From positions 620,961 through 684,960 of the forward strand of contig NW_019091358.1 of the NCBI RefSeq assembly GCF_001949145.1: DNA of 64,000 nucleotides. Reading direction: 5' to 3'. Numbering within the stretch: the stretch's first letter is position 1; every line of letters begins with the position of its first letter. The translations under genes were made by a program, and so were the position numbers. The notes beneath the pieces are model-generated. The model saw nothing but the letters and a program-made list of their open reading frames with translations. It was not told the DNA's origin and made no database searches. The stretch is from Acanthaster planci (lineage: Eukaryota). Below, one piece after another: positions 63,101 through 64,000 of this stretch.

Positions 63101-64000
63101 TCATGATATGCACCCAGCCAAACAGTGTTGACAAACAGGGTAGCTCTTTATGACAGTAAATTGTTCAGATGGAGATCATCAGACTGAATCATGACAGTCA
63201 AATTGTCACACCCATTTATTTTACAGTGAAGACCTTGTCAGGCCCATGGTGTTTTTAAGGTTCAATTACAAAGTAATTGGTCGTAACTTGTTATCCTTCC
63301 ATCCAGCTGTGTTTATCCCTCAGGTATATACATTCCCTGCACATCTGGGCACAGAGCTACCATTTTGCCGTTTTCCAGAACTAAAACGTACATGCAGTGG
63401 TACCTTCTATAAATCAAAGAGTAAATGTTTACATACCAGATTGCCCAAAAGATTTCAATTCACAGTCTGTGTTTGTTTAATTTGCTAGTGAAAGATCTAT
63501 CAAGAGTGCAAATCCATGAGTTTTGATTGAAGGTTTTTGGTCATCCCAGTGAACCACTACACAGAAATAAATTTGAAGATATTAGAGACAGGGGTCGGAA
63601 GTTAGTACAGGTACACAAAGTTGTAAAATTACCAACCTCAACATTTCTATTATACCCTGTACATGTACATTAAAAAAGCCATCAAATCAACCATTGCTGA
63701 AAGTGAACAGAAGGCAAATGTGTACATTCTTTTTCATTAGTTTTTGATTTACATGTAAATACTCTGTCATCCATGTTAGCTATTCCTCTGAGCATGTCAA
63801 AACTTTAACACGGAAACTGATTTGTGACTACACACATGGGAATTCATGGTTTAATGCCATTTTTAACTTCACCTTTTTTTGGGGGGGGAGAGCACATCCA
63901 GTTGGCATGTGGGTTAAGTTTAACTGAGGAAGGTGGCATACTGTAGGATTGCTGGGACTGATTTTATTTTAATAGCCATTTTCCTTCCATCACCATTGGT

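Overview
Animal genomic DNA, with spliceosomal introns, SINEs, LINE remnants, TA-target DNA transposons and four N gaps. The repeat style suggests a marine invertebrate such as an echinoderm; that is inference only. (1) At 225-14242 on the minus strand there is an SLC18B1-like MFS transporter gene. Seven exons can be spliced in frame, and the gene continues past the left window edge. (2) At about 15.47-28.53 kb, roughly 1.2 kb upstream of that gene's ATG, lies a degraded endogenous Polinton/Maverick (adintovirus-like) dsDNA virus, truncated at both ends. It carries a protein-primed PolB, an rve integrase, a probable major capsid protein, an A32/FtsK-like packaging ATPase, a cluster of small coiled-coil/membrane ORFs and an unusual Zn-finger-repeat + HNH-like nuclease ORF. 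Its PolB is split by a 3.1-kb foldback-type transposon with a TA duplication. (3) At about 29-36 kb is an intergenic repeat region, with a canonical CTCF-like motif and twin perfect hairpins that share one loop sequence. (4) From about 37.3 kb on the plus strand is the 5' end of a gene for a type II membrane protein (Golgi-enzyme-like N-terminus), followed by about 25 kb of probable intron rich in MITEs and palindromes. Family assignments come from motifs I recognise by eye; no database search was run.
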